35,905 nucleotides of DNA. It comes from Candidatus Peregrinibacteria bacterium CG11_big_fil_rev_8_21_14_0_20_46_8. Its GTDB lineage: Bacteria > Patescibacteriota > Gracilibacteria > UBA1369 > UM-FILTER-53-11. Positions 24,314 through 33,704 of this stretch are shown piece by piece. Every line of letters begins with the position of its first letter. Within the stretch, counting starts at the first letter, position 1. The notes under the pieces are model-generated. The model ran no database searches. It was not told where the DNA came from and was given only the letters and a program-made list of their open reading frames with translations. The stretch covers positions 1 to 35,905 of the forward strand of contig PCVQ01000026.1 of assembly GCA_002796025.1 (NCBI GenBank), written 5' to 3'. A program made the translations under genes and the position numbers.

Positions 24314-27300
24314 ATGCAGAGTACACATCTTTTTGAGGAACGGTATGCACTTTTAAACCCCGAACAGCGCAGAGCGGTAGATACTATTGAGGGCCCGGTT
24401 TTGGTAGTTGCAGGCCCTGGCTCTGGGAAAACTGAACTGCTGGGCATGCGTGTTGCAAATATTCTTCAAAAGACCGATGCCGCACCACAATCAATTTTGT
24501 GCCTTACATTTACCGAAGCCGCCGCTTTGAATATGCGCGAGCGCTTGGTGGGCCTCATCGGGCACAAGGCCGCTCACGAGATCGCGGTGCATACCTTCCA
24601 TAGCTTTGGTTCGAGAATTATAGAAGAGCATGCAGAACTTTTTTTTGGAGGAGCAAAATTTCAGCCAGCCGATGAGCTGACCCGTATTACCTTTTTAGAA
24701 GAGATCCTCAAAAATGAGCCGCATAGCAATCAGCTCCGCTCGTTCCATCCAGAAAAGGGCTTCGTATATCTCTGGAATATTGTTGAACGCATTGGCGATT
24801 TAAAGCGCGCCGGCATGGACCCGCAAGAGTTTCGCGAAGTAATCGAAGAAAATAAGCAGTTTCTGAAAACCGCTGCCCCAATTGTCGAACAATTTTATGC
24901 TGAGCACCGAATCAATTCGAAAGCAAAAATCCATCTTGTCGAAAGGCTCCTCAACGAGCTGCGCGCAATCCAAGTGAGTGAGCCGGCCGGACGCCACTAT
25001 CCTGCACTGCATACCGTGATTATCGATGATTTAGCGCACGCGCTCATCGAAGCGCAAAACCAGGAAAGTACCAAACCCCTGACCGAATGGAAGAATGCAT
25101 ATACAACCAAAAAGAGCGAAAAGATAATCCTAAAAGAGCAGTCGCGCCTGCGCCGGCATTTAGGATTGGCGGATGTATATGAAAAATATCAAACAATGCT
25201 CTATGAGCGAGGGCGTTTTGATTTTGACGATATGCTCATGCAGCTGACCGTTATGTGTGAGCGAAATGCGGATTTTGCCGCAGAGCTTCGCGAACGCTTT
25301 CAATATGTACTTGTCGATGAATTCCAGGATACAAGCGGTCTGCAAATGAAGATACTTGATGCACTGTTAGATGACGAAATACATAACGGCCGGCCAAATG
25401 TGCTTGCTGTAGGGGACGATGATCAGTCAATTTTTCGGTTTCAAGGTGCACAAATCGCTAATATTTTAAATTTTGCGCAGCGCTACCGAGATCCTGACAT
25501 TATTGTGCTCACAAAAAACTACCGCTCAACACAGCAGATTTTAGACATTGCCCGCCATATTATTCAGCAAGGCGAAGACCGCTTAGAAACACGCATGCCG
25601 GATCTTATAAAAAAAGAACTGCGTGCAGAAAAGAAACATGCTCATCCGGGGAGTATTTCGCATAGAATTTTTGCATCCCCGCTGGATGAATTAGCGTGGT
25701 GTGCACGTGATATTCAGCAGCATATTGCAGCCGGTGCCGCGCCACACGAAATCGCAGTTTTAGCTCCCAAACATGCGATGCTTGAAGAGGCTGCACGTAT
25801 ATTTAATTTTTTTGAAATACCAGTTGTGTACGAGCGCCAAACAGACATTTTAAAGGATCCGCAAATTCTGCAGATTCTCACGATCTTCGAATACGCTACA
25901 ACGCTTATGGACCATGACCGGCAGATTGCAGATGCCTATATGCCAGAAATTTTGAGTTATCCGTTTTGGGGAATTTCACGCATTACCATGTGGAATATCT
26001 CACTTGCAGCAGATATTCGAAAAAATAAACCATGGATCAGCGTGATGCTCGATCACGAAGATAAGAAAGTACATGATATTGCAGTATTTCTCATCAACCT
26101 TGCAGCCGAGGCTAAATCGAAGAGTGCTGCCGAACTGTTTGCATATATTACAGGAACGAGAGCAATTGATGGCGTCTCTTTTATTTCGCCTTTTAAATCG
26201 TATTATCTCGAAAAAGATAGAGAGGTGAGTGACGCCCTGCATGGACTTTTACACGAAATCGAACGCAGAAATAGCGGAGGTGAAATTACCGCAAAAGAGC
26301 TTCTCGCTTTTATTAAACTTCACCGGTCTCACAATATCCCAATTAATATTACGCAAATAGTAAATACTTCTCGCGGCACACATGAGCGTGAAGGCGGTAT
26401 ACAGTTAATGACCGTCTTTAAAGCAAAAGGGCTCGAATTTGACCATGTATATGCGATCGGATGCACAAAGCGAAACTGGATTTCTGCTCGCAACGGACAA
26501 CTCTTGCCACTGCCGCGCAATCTCTTTTTTTCTGCAGAAGCAGATACCGTTGACGACAAGCTCCGCACGCTCTTTGTTGCACTAACACGTGCACGCCTGC
26601 ATCTCACTATTTCTTCATCAAGCCACAACAAAAATGGAAGAGAAGAGGAGCGCTTGCACTTTCTCCAAGCATTTGAGCCTGAGCATCTCGACGAGCTTGC
26701 CGGCAGCACAAATAATTCCCTCCGAACTGCATTGCAACAAGAGCTCTTTATACCAAAGAAAGTGAGTGCCGATGAGCAGATTATTCTTCAGCAGCGGGCA
26801 CGCGAATATCGCTTAAGTGCAAGTGCTCTAACCACATTTTTAGATATTGAGGATGCGGGGCCACAGATTTTTATGGAAAAGCATCTGCTGCGCTTTCCGT
26901 TTCTCGATTCGCCGGAAGCGGCATACGGTACAGCAATGCATGCAGTCATGGAAGAGGCAATTAAGATTTGCAATACTGCCGGAACGCCGCCGCCTCTTGA
27001 GCTCCTTTTGCAGCGCTTTACCGAAGTTATTGGAACTGCCCGCATGAATCGAAATGATATGCGTATTTTTCGTGAACGCGGAGAGAAAAGTCTTCCTCTT
27101 TACTATTCGGCACGCGTACAGGATTTTCGGCCCGGAGATTATGCGGAGCTTAATTTGAGCAATCAAAATATTGAAATAGAGGGCATACCGCTTACGGGCA
27201 AAATAGATAAGGTGCGGATTGATGGAGAAGAAGCAACTATCTATGATTTTAAAACCGGCAAGCCGATCGATGATTGGAAGTGTAAAAAAGCATGGCGGTA

Positions 27301-27583
27301 CCAACGTCAATTAACACTCTACAAACTGATGCTCGAAGCAGCACCGGATTTTCGCGGTATACATGTTAGCAAAGCAGTACTTGAATTTTTGGAGCCGGAC
27401 GAAGACGAAATTCGCTCACTTGATTTACGTATCTCTGCCGAAGATATTGAGCACATGCGCCGCCTCGTAAAAGCCGTTGGCAGTCTTATTCGCAATCTCG
27501 AGTTTCCCGATGTAAGCCGGTATCCGAAAACCCTGCTCGGCATACGCAAGTTCGAAGAAGATATTATGAGCACATACTCATAG
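24314..27583 (+). CDS. UvrD/PcrA-type SF1 helicase fused to a C-terminal PD-(D/E)XK (RecB/AddA-like) nuclease domain
   Basis: The helicase motifs are AGPGSGKTE (Walker A), VLVDEFQDTS (motif II), NYRSTQQIL, TVFKAKGLEFDHVY and LFVALTRAR. The nuclease motifs are GKIDKVRIDGEEATIYDFKTGKP (nt 27197-27265) and QLTLYKLML (QxxxY). Confidence 0.9.
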   Translation: MQSTHLFEERYALLNPEQRRAVDTIEGPVLVVAGPGSGKTELLGMRVANILQKTDAAPQSILCLTFTEAAALNMRERLVGLIGHKAAHEIAVHTFHSFGSRIIEEHAELFFGGAKFQPADELTRITFLEEILKNEPHSNQLRSFHPEKGFVYLWNIVERIGDLKRAGMDPQEFREVIEENKQFLKTAAPIVEQFYAEHRINSKAKIHLVERLLNELRAIQVSEPAGRHYPALHTVIIDDLAHALIEAQNQESTKPLTEWKNAYTTKKSEKIILKEQSRLRRHLGLADVYEKYQTMLYERGRFDFDDMLMQLTVMCERNADFAAELRERFQYVLVDEFQDTSGLQMKILDALLDDEIHNGRPNVLAVGDDDQSIFRFQGAQIANILNFAQRYRDPDIIVLTKNYRSTQQILDIARHIIQQGEDRLETRMPDLIKKELRAEKKHAHPGSISHRIFASPLDELAWCARDIQQHIAAGAAPHEIAVLAPKHAMLEEAARIFNFFEIPVVYERQTDILKDPQILQILTIFEYATTLMDHDRQIADAYMPEILSYPFWGISRITMWNISLAADIRKNKPWISVMLDHEDKKVHDIAVFLINLAAEAKSKSAAELFAYITGTRAIDGVSFISPFKSYYLEKDREVSDALHGLLHEIERRNSGGEITAKELLAFIKLHRSHNIPINITQIVNTSRGTHEREGGIQLMTVFKAKGLEFDHVYAIGCTKRNWISARNGQLLPLPRNLFFSAEADTVDDKLRTLFVALTRARLHLTISSSSHNKNGREEERLHFLQAFEPEHLDELAGSTNNSLRTALQQELFIPKKVSADEQIILQQRAREYRLSASALTTFLDIEDAGPQIFMEKHLLRFPFLDSPEAAYGTAMHAVMEEAIKICNTAGTPPPLELLLQRFTEVIGTARMNRNDMRIFRERGEKSLPLYYSARVQDFRPGDYAELNLSNQNIEIEGIPLTGKIDKVRIDGEEATIYDFKTGKPIDDWKCKKAWRYQRQLTLYKLMLEAAPDFRGIHVSKAVLEFLEPDEDEIRSLDLRISAEDIEHMRRLVKAVGSLIRNLEFPDVSRYPKTLLGIRKFEEDIMSTYS

Positions 27584-27649
27584 ATTTTTGTCAGCACCTT
27601 TTTTGGATTTGCTCTGTTCAACAGGCAATTTTTTCGCAAAGATAGGCGT

Positions 27650-28810
27650 ATGACTACTGCAATTATTCTTATTGGCCTTGCGGTGCTTATCGGACTTGCC
27701 GCAGCAATTTATATAAAATTGAGCAAAGAGAGCAGCCAGCCCGATGAAGCTTTTATGCAGCAAAAAGAAGAAATAGCGCGGCTGCGTACAGAAAAAGATG
27801 AACTCGCAGGCAAGGGCAAGCAACTCTATGCAGATAATATTCAACTCAAGGAGGAGCTGAAATCAATTGCAAAAGAGCGCGACCAATCACAAAAGCGACT
27901 TGCAGAATTTGAAGCCCAGGAGATGCAGCGCAAAAAAGAGCATGAATATGCGCTCGAATCTGCAAAAAATATGAAGCAGGCATGGGAAGACGAACGAATT
28001 CGCATACGGCGGGAAGATGAAGAGCGGCAGGCACGAGAAATCGCAGAGCGCGACCGCATGTGGAACGAGCACGAACAAAATGTCATCGCACTTATCGGCG
28101 AGCTTTGTAAACTTCCAGAATATGCCTTTTCTTTTTTTGAGAATACATCCCTGCCAGAAAAATTTGATGGCTCGTTGAAACCAGATGCTATGATCGACTT
28201 TTTAGGCCAATATCTCATTTTCGACGCAAAGGTTTCGCGCTCAGATAACCTGCAAAGCTATCTCCAAAATCAGGTAAAAACTACGGTAAATAAAGTTAAG
28301 AAGAATCCTCAGATTTACCGTACCATCTACTTTGTCGTTCCAACCGAGGCGCTAGCAACTTTAAAAAAGACCTACTTTTTCGAAGGCGGTTATGCATTTT
28401 TTGTTATCAGCCCGGATGCTATTCCACCAATTCTTGGAGCACTTAAAAAGATCACAGCATATGAGCTTGCACAAGAAATGGATCCTCAGGAGCGTGAAAA
28501 TATTGTAACAATGATTGCCGAGTTTGACTTCCACATCCACTTTCGCAATGCTGCAGATCTTATTCTCGCACAAAGCGGCGTGGGTATTTTAGATAAGATG
28601 AAGCAGCTCAATCCTCAACTGCAAGATGATGTTGCCTTAAAAAAGAGCAAAATGCGCCAGCCAAATCTGCAAAATAATGATGTAAAGCACCTAATGCTCG
28701 ATACTAAGCATCAACAAGAGACCATCGACAGCTTAGTCTCACCGCAAGTGCCGGTTCCCGAAAAACATCTTGGTGCAGCTGCGAGAATGCTTTCTAAAAA
28801 AGCACAATGA
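27650..28810 (+). CDS. rmuC: DNA recombination protein RmuC-like
   Basis: An N-terminal TM anchor (AIILIGLAVLIGLAAAIYI) is followed by a long coiled coil and then a nuclease-like core, LKPDAMIDFLGQYLIFDAKVS...IYFVVPTEA, in the RmuC arrangement. Confidence 0.72.
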   Translation: MTTAIILIGLAVLIGLAAAIYIKLSKESSQPDEAFMQQKEEIARLRTEKDELAGKGKQLYADNIQLKEELKSIAKERDQSQKRLAEFEAQEMQRKKEHEYALESAKNMKQAWEDERIRIRREDEERQAREIAERDRMWNEHEQNVIALIGELCKLPEYAFSFFENTSLPEKFDGSLKPDAMIDFLGQYLIFDAKVSRSDNLQSYLQNQVKTTVNKVKKNPQIYRTIYFVVPTEALATLKKTYFFEGGYAFFVISPDAIPPILGALKKITAYELAQEMDPQERENIVTMIAEFDFHIHFRNAADLILAQSGVGILDKMKQLNPQLQDDVALKKSKMRQPNLQNNDVKHLMLDTKHQQETIDSLVSPQVPVPEKHLGAAARMLSKKAQ

Positions 28811-28829
28811 ATATAGGTCGCTTAGATCG

Positions 28830-29891
28830 CTAATGAATTTTGGGCATTGTCTCTATTACAACAGAGTCTTCGGCAAAAAATGAGAGTGGACGATGAGCGC
28901 TGGTATCAAAGCTATGCCGAATACAAGTATTCTCTTCGAATGCCTTTGTGTCTTGAAATGTGTATGCAGATGGAAACCACGTTCCATAGATACCATCACG
29001 TTTCATTTCTTCTTTAATTGCCGCAACTCTCGCGTGATATTCGGCAGGGGAGTACTCCACATTTAAAATATGGTATCGCTTATTTCGCAGTCCAATACAA
29101 CCGAAACAGTCTTCACATTCAAAGCAATACTCACAGTACTCTAAATTTTTTCCATACCAACAACAGCTCGAGAACATACAATTTTTAAGTCCCATGCCAC
29201 TCATAATCTCATAACAATCCTCAAGCGGCTCCTCGCCGGCAAAAGAAATATCGTAGCAGTTGGTGCAATTAATTGCATTTGTTAAATACATACTCTCTGC
29301 GCAATCACGAGTATCAAATGAATACCGTACATTTGTGCAATTATAAATGTAATCACCAGTGCATATACCGGTATTGCCGGATTCATGCGTGGCGAGCAGT
29401 GGCCGCTTCTGCTTAATTTCCCGGAATAATTTGCGCAGTTCCTCTGGAGACTTCTTTTTCAAACGGTTCAGCCGCTCAAAATAGGCCTCGCGGGAATAAG
29501 GTTTGTTAAAAATATAATACTGCTTATCTTTAAGTCCAATACAGGCAAAGCAGTCCCGGAGATTTTCACAATCAAAACAGTAAAAACAATCGGTACAATT
29601 TGTAGAATTTTGCAAAAAACTCGAGTTTTTGCAATCGCGGCAATCTATACACTCGTAACACGATATGCAGTTATAACAGTATGTACAATCCACACAGTCG
29701 GTATTGTGATACCCCCAATAATTGTAATGGCTATTCTTGAGATGGTCACTTCCGACTGAGCCAAAACAATCTTCGCATGCATAGGTATAGTTACCGAGAC
29801 CCCCCTCCTTTTGCTGAAAATTCATCAGTGCCGGACGCGGCACAGAAAGCCGAAGTGCTTCAAACTGATCAAAAAAATTGGGGGACAACAT
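28830..29891 (-). CDS. cysteine-rich repeat protein (31 Cys in 353 aa), internally duplicated, no signal peptide
   Basis: Runs of C-x2-C are present: DCVDCTYCYNCISCYECIDCRDC has 8 Cys at exact 3-residue spacing (nt 29631-29696), and there are also NCTDCFYCFDC and YCEYCFECEDCFGC. Two modules end in near-identical tails, DCFACIGLKDKQYYIFNKPYSREAYFERL and DCFGCIGLRNKRYHILNVEYSPAEYHARV. Confidence 0.8.
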   Translation of the reverse strand: MLSPNFFDQFEALRLSVPRPALMNFQQKEGGLGNYTYACEDCFGSVGSDHLKNSHYNYWGYHNTDCVDCTYCYNCISCYECIDCRDCKNSSFLQNSTNCTDCFYCFDCENLRDCFACIGLKDKQYYIFNKPYSREAYFERLNRLKKKSPEELRKLFREIKQKRPLLATHESGNTGICTGDYIYNCTNVRYSFDTRDCAESMYLTNAINCTNCYDISFAGEEPLEDCYEIMSGMGLKNCMFSSCCWYGKNLEYCEYCFECEDCFGCIGLRNKRYHILNVEYSPAEYHARVAAIKEEMKRDGIYGTWFPSAYTFQDTKAFEENTCIRHSFDTSAHRPLSFFAEDSVVIETMPKIH

Positions 29892-29896
29892 AGCCC

Positions 29897-30175
29897 TTAG
29901 TCAGTTACCTGTACAAAACAGGATGAACAGAAAATAGTATATTTACTATCTGGAGGATAACTCGAAATCATCTCTAATTTGCAACCATCGCAAGCTCTGC
30001 GATAGAGCGTACGCTCATTGCGCAAAGCTAATCTTCGCTTTTGCCGGCACGCCGGACAGTTTTGCGGTCTTGGCAGATTTCGTTTAGCATAAAATTCTAA
30101 TTCCTGGGCAATAAGTTCAAATGCTGCAGAGCAAGCAGCACATATTTTTTGAACAGTTATATTCGCTGATTTCAT
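29897..30175 (-). CDS. double zinc-ribbon protein (four CxxC pairs)
   Basis: MKSANITVQKICAACSAAFELIAQELEFYAKRNLPRPQNCPACRQKRRLALRNERTLYRRACDGCKLEMISSYPPDSKYTIFCSSCF. The ATG at 30175 is preferred because the TTG at 30196 lies inside the TGtTACAAT promoter element. The stop is 5 nt upstream of the next ATG (29891), which is in a different frame. Confidence 0.75.
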   Translation of the reverse strand: MKSANITVQKICAACSAAFELIAQELEFYAKRNLPRPQNCPACRQKRRLALRNERTLYRRACDGCKLEMISSYPPDSKYTIFCSSCFVQVTD

Positions 30176-30186
30176 GCCTACAAACG

Positions 30187-30195
30187 ATTGTAACA
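30187..30195 (-). promoter_or_regulatory. extended -10 element for the zinc-ribbon/Cys-rich gene pair
   Basis: The minus strand reads TGTTACAAT, 11 nt upstream of ATG 30175. There is no SD. Confidence 0.35.
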
Positions 30196-30311
30196 AAAAA
30201 CGAGCTTAGAAAAAGCTATTTTTGTAAAAAATCGTCAAAAATTTGTGTCACGCGATACGATGTACTATGGCAAAATACCAGTCAGCCAAAGCTGTCTCAA
30301 ATACGAGCGCA

Positions 30312-32564
30312 TTAAATCAACGGCTCTTCAAATTTCTCTTCGCCGGCTGCCACCAAAATATCCTCATCAGCTTTTGTTGCCGCTTCATCCCAGCGCTGCA
30401 GCGCCTCTTCAACCTCTTGGCGGGAGCGAGAATATTTTTTGCGCGACATATCGATAATTGTCTGTGCATGGGTGCGTTCCACAGGTGGTGTAGGAACCGT
30501 AAGTGTTCTTCCGGAAAATGCATCGCGCAGCTCCCCATCTACAGACATCTTTACATAAAATTCTCGTACACCGAGATTAATAATATCTCGCACTTTGAAT
30601 ACCGGCGTATACTCATTTTCAAGAATTGCAGCATCCTCTGCACCAACGCGGAAGTTCATTATGGTACCGACATTACCAAAGGCGGTAGTGCGAATTTCAT
30701 GACTGAGTTGTCCCATGTACTGGTGCGCCATACAAAGATTGAGGCGGTATTTACGGGCTTCGGACAAAATTTCGGCAAAAGTATTCGTTGCAAAGTACTG
30801 AAACTCATCGCAATACAGATAAAAATCGCGCCGTTGCTCCTCAGGGGTATCGGTTCGCGACATAGCCGCTTGCTGAATTTTTGTTACCACCATCGATCCA
30901 ATCAGAGCAGTATTTTCTTCCCCAAGTGCACCCTTAGAAATACGCATCAAAAGAATTTTTCCGGTATCCATAATTTCGCGAATATTAATCTTATTTTCCG
31001 CCTGCCCCACAATATTCCGAATCATCGAAGTAGAAACAAACTGACCTACTTTATTTAAGATCGGCATAATCGCCTCGTTGTCGAATTTTTCGTTCCAGGC
31101 GGCAAACTCGTTGACCCAGAAATTCTTTACTACAGAGTCCTGAATACGCGCCACAATTTTTTGGCGGTAATTCTTATCCGAGAGCATCTTCAAAATAGAG
31201 AGCACCGTGGTACCCGGTGAATCCAAAAGTGCCAGCGTGGTATAGCGCAGTACATGCTCTAAACGCGGCGTCCAGGCGTTACCAAAAAGCTTTTTAAAAA
31301 TATCTATAAAGCCGATCGTGACGCGCAAACGTAGCTCTGGGGGCACTTGCTCAAGAGGATTAAAGGCAACAGGATAGTCATAATCGGCAGGATTAAAGTA
31401 GACAACATCCTGCATGCGCTCCTTGGGGACATAGTTCAATACATTATCCACAAGATCGCCGTGCGGATCCAGAACGCCGACCCCGTGCCCGTAACGAATA
31501 TCTTCAGAAATAAGCAGCTCCAGCATCTTTGATTTACCGGTACCGCTCTTACCAACAACGTAAACGTGCCTGCGCCTATCTGCCCGCTTTAATCCGAAGG
31601 TGATATTTTCATTATGAAAATTTGTAACACCGAATGAAGAGACAGAATCTCCGCTCGTCTCGGTAACACGTGGCAAATCACGCGGTGGCTCGGCTTTTTT
31701 CGCCAAAACATGCACTACATGGGGAACATCATCAGGATGAGGAAAGTGGTAAACCGAAGCAACCTCCTGCGAACTTAAATGAAATGTCTCGGGCAAATTG
31801 CGATGCTGATAGCGCTTGAGAAATGAGTCTTTTCTAGCCATTCGCATCGGCTTAAATCCATTCAAATCTATCGTATTAAATTGCATATAGGCTTTAATCA
31901 GGACCTCAAGTTTTTGCCTGGCCGTAGCATCGTCACTTGCAACATAGGCAAGCCGAATTCCCGTCCGATAGGTACGATGCTCTGCTTTTGCCTTATATGC
32001 CTCATTTTCCATTTCGCGCATAGCGCGCGCAGATTTTAATTTAAAGTAATTTTTTAAACGGAAATACAGCTTCACACGATTCAGTTTCATCTTCCATGAG
32101 CGGAAAAAATTTAACGACCAGTCATCTGCAACCGGCTCAGAAAAAACCTGAATCCAAATTTGCTCTTGATTGGATGCCTTTGTCATTACTGAATAAATGC
32201 CGGCAAGCGAGTCACCTTCAAATTCAGTATATGTTTTTATCGGAATAATATCTGAACGCAAAAGCTTTAGTTCTGTACCGGCAAAACCACGGTTTAAAAC
32301 CTCACTCTTCGCATAGTCGGCAGATTCTTCAATTTCGGCAAACGGATACAGGGCATAGACCTGTCCCTCGATAAGCTCTTTAATATTGCGGTCACAACAA
32401 ATAAAGAAGTAAATATGCTGATTATAGGATGTAACTTCAAAAGAGAGATTTCTGCGTTTCAAAATCTCATGCATATTGACCAACAATTGTTCGAAAGTTC
32501 GCGCTCGTTTCTCTATTTCCTGAGGAATACGTACGAGAAGGAGTACTTTAGTCTGTGGAAACAT
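30312..32564 (-). CDS. TraD/TraG/VirD4-like (FtsK-HerA superfamily) P-loop ATPase without N-terminal TM segments
   Basis: Walker A is VVGKSGTGKSKM followed by VLDPHGDL. Walker B is FYLYCDEFQYF. The C-terminal region AHQYMGQL...GNVGTIMNFRVG is typical of coupling-protein-like ATPases. The N-terminal 330 aa or so is a soluble domain of unknown function. Confidence 0.85.
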   Translation of the reverse strand: MFPQTKVLLLVRIPQEIEKRARTFEQLLVNMHEILKRRNLSFEVTSYNQHIYFFICCDRNIKELIEGQVYALYPFAEIEESADYAKSEVLNRGFAGTELKLLRSDIIPIKTYTEFEGDSLAGIYSVMTKASNQEQIWIQVFSEPVADDWSLNFFRSWKMKLNRVKLYFRLKNYFKLKSARAMREMENEAYKAKAEHRTYRTGIRLAYVASDDATARQKLEVLIKAYMQFNTIDLNGFKPMRMARKDSFLKRYQHRNLPETFHLSSQEVASVYHFPHPDDVPHVVHVLAKKAEPPRDLPRVTETSGDSVSSFGVTNFHNENITFGLKRADRRRHVYVVGKSGTGKSKMLELLISEDIRYGHGVGVLDPHGDLVDNVLNYVPKERMQDVVYFNPADYDYPVAFNPLEQVPPELRLRVTIGFIDIFKKLFGNAWTPRLEHVLRYTTLALLDSPGTTVLSILKMLSDKNYRQKIVARIQDSVVKNFWVNEFAAWNEKFDNEAIMPILNKVGQFVSTSMIRNIVGQAENKINIREIMDTGKILLMRISKGALGEENTALIGSMVVTKIQQAAMSRTDTPEEQRRDFYLYCDEFQYFATNTFAEILSEARKYRLNLCMAHQYMGQLSHEIRTTAFGNVGTIMNFRVGAEDAAILENEYTPVFKVRDIINLGVREFYVKMSVDGELRDAFSGRTLTVPTPPVERTHAQTIIDMSRKKYSRSRQEVEEALQRWDEAATKADEDILVAAGEEKFEEPLI

Positions 32565-32573
32565 GATAAATAA

Positions 32574-33704
32574 CTATGATTCGGTTGTTACTTCTTCCGC
32601 ACCTGCAGGCGGTTCTTGTAATGCTTTAATCGACAAGCCGATTCGGTGGTCGTCAGGATCAATTGCGATAATTTTTACATCGATATCCTCACCAATTTTT
32701 ACAAATTTGTGGGCATCCTTCACCGGCTCATGGCTCAATTCAGAAAGGTGAATCAAGCCGCTAATGTCGTCCTCGAGTTTTACAAAGACTCCAAATTGTG
32801 TCACACGGTCTACACGTCCCTTTACCACTGTTCCAATCGAATATTTCTCAGCTGCTGCCTTCCAAGGATCAGGTGTTAAACGCTTCATTGAGAGGGATAT
32901 CTTATCTCCCTCGATGCCGATAATCTGTACCTGCACAGCATCGCCGATCTTCCCATACGATGCAGGGTTCTTTACATGACCCCATTCGATTTCCGAAATG
33001 TGGACCAGGCCTTCAAGGCCGTCAAAGGCAACAAAAATACCAAACTTCACAATACCAGAGATAACACCATCAACAACATCACCCGGCTTTAGATCCTGAA
33101 GTGCAGCCTGACGTTTTTCTGCCATTGCAGCTTTTTCCGAAAGAATAAGTTTGCCGCCTGCTTGATCCAAATTAATAATCTTTACATTCAACTTTTGGCC
33201 AACAAGACGCTGCAATCTGGTCAATATCTCTGCAGCATCTGCTCCGTCTACGCGAGGGTAGTGCATTGGAGCAAGCTGAGAAACTGGAATAAAGCCTTTA
33301 ATACCATCCATTAATACAAGTAGTCCGCCTTTATTTGCCTCATGAATCGTTACTGCAATAACTTCGTTATCTTCATATGCCTTCACAAAACTGCGCCATG
33401 TACGCTCTTGGCTCGCACGGGAGAGAGAAAGCACGTAATAGCCTTCTTCGTTTTCATCACCAATAACGTAAGCAGAGATAACATCTCCATTTTGAATTGA
33501 AGCAAGCGTGCCGCTTGAATCGCGCGCCTCTTTACCTGCAATCATGCCGGTTGCAACTCCAAACAGATCGATAAGAATTTTGTTTCCATATACACCAATA
33601 ACTTCACCCTCTACAAGAGAGCCAAGTACGGGACGAGTAAATTCAGGACTGAGCTTCAAGAGCTCTTCCATCAGGGCAGATTCACTTGTTAATGTTGCAG
33701 ACAT
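32574..33704 (-). CDS. rpsA: 30S ribosomal protein S1 (four S1 domains)
   Basis: Four repeats of the S1 OB-fold pattern are present (G..V.G.V......G..V......G.IH.SE), e.g. GDVVDGVISGIVKFGIFVAFDGLEGLVHISEI and GTVVKGRVDRVTQFGVFVKLEDDISGLIHLSEL. Confidence 0.9.
   Translation of the reverse strand: MSATLTSESALMEELLKLSPEFTRPVLGSLVEGEVIGVYGNKILIDLFGVATGMIAGKEARDSSGTLASIQNGDVISAYVIGDENEEGYYVLSLSRASQERTWRSFVKAYEDNEVIAVTIHEANKGGLLVLMDGIKGFIPVSQLAPMHYPRVDGADAAEILTRLQRLVGQKLNVKIINLDQAGGKLILSEKAAMAEKRQAALQDLKPGDVVDGVISGIVKFGIFVAFDGLEGLVHISEIEWGHVKNPASYGKIGDAVQVQIIGIEGDKISLSMKRLTPDPWKAAAEKYSIGTVVKGRVDRVTQFGVFVKLEDDISGLIHLSELSHEPVKDAHKFVKIGEDIDVKIIAIDPDDHRIGLSIKALQEPPAGAEEVTTES

Noticed and set aside
30243-31058. 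271-aa plus-strand ORF antisense to the TraD/VirD4-like gene (also 30245-30457 and 31347-31532).
   Set aside because: The translation is Cys/Phe/Ile/Arg/His-rich junk, typical of the reverse frame of a real gene. It has no start context, whereas the sense frame has unmistakable ATPase motifs.
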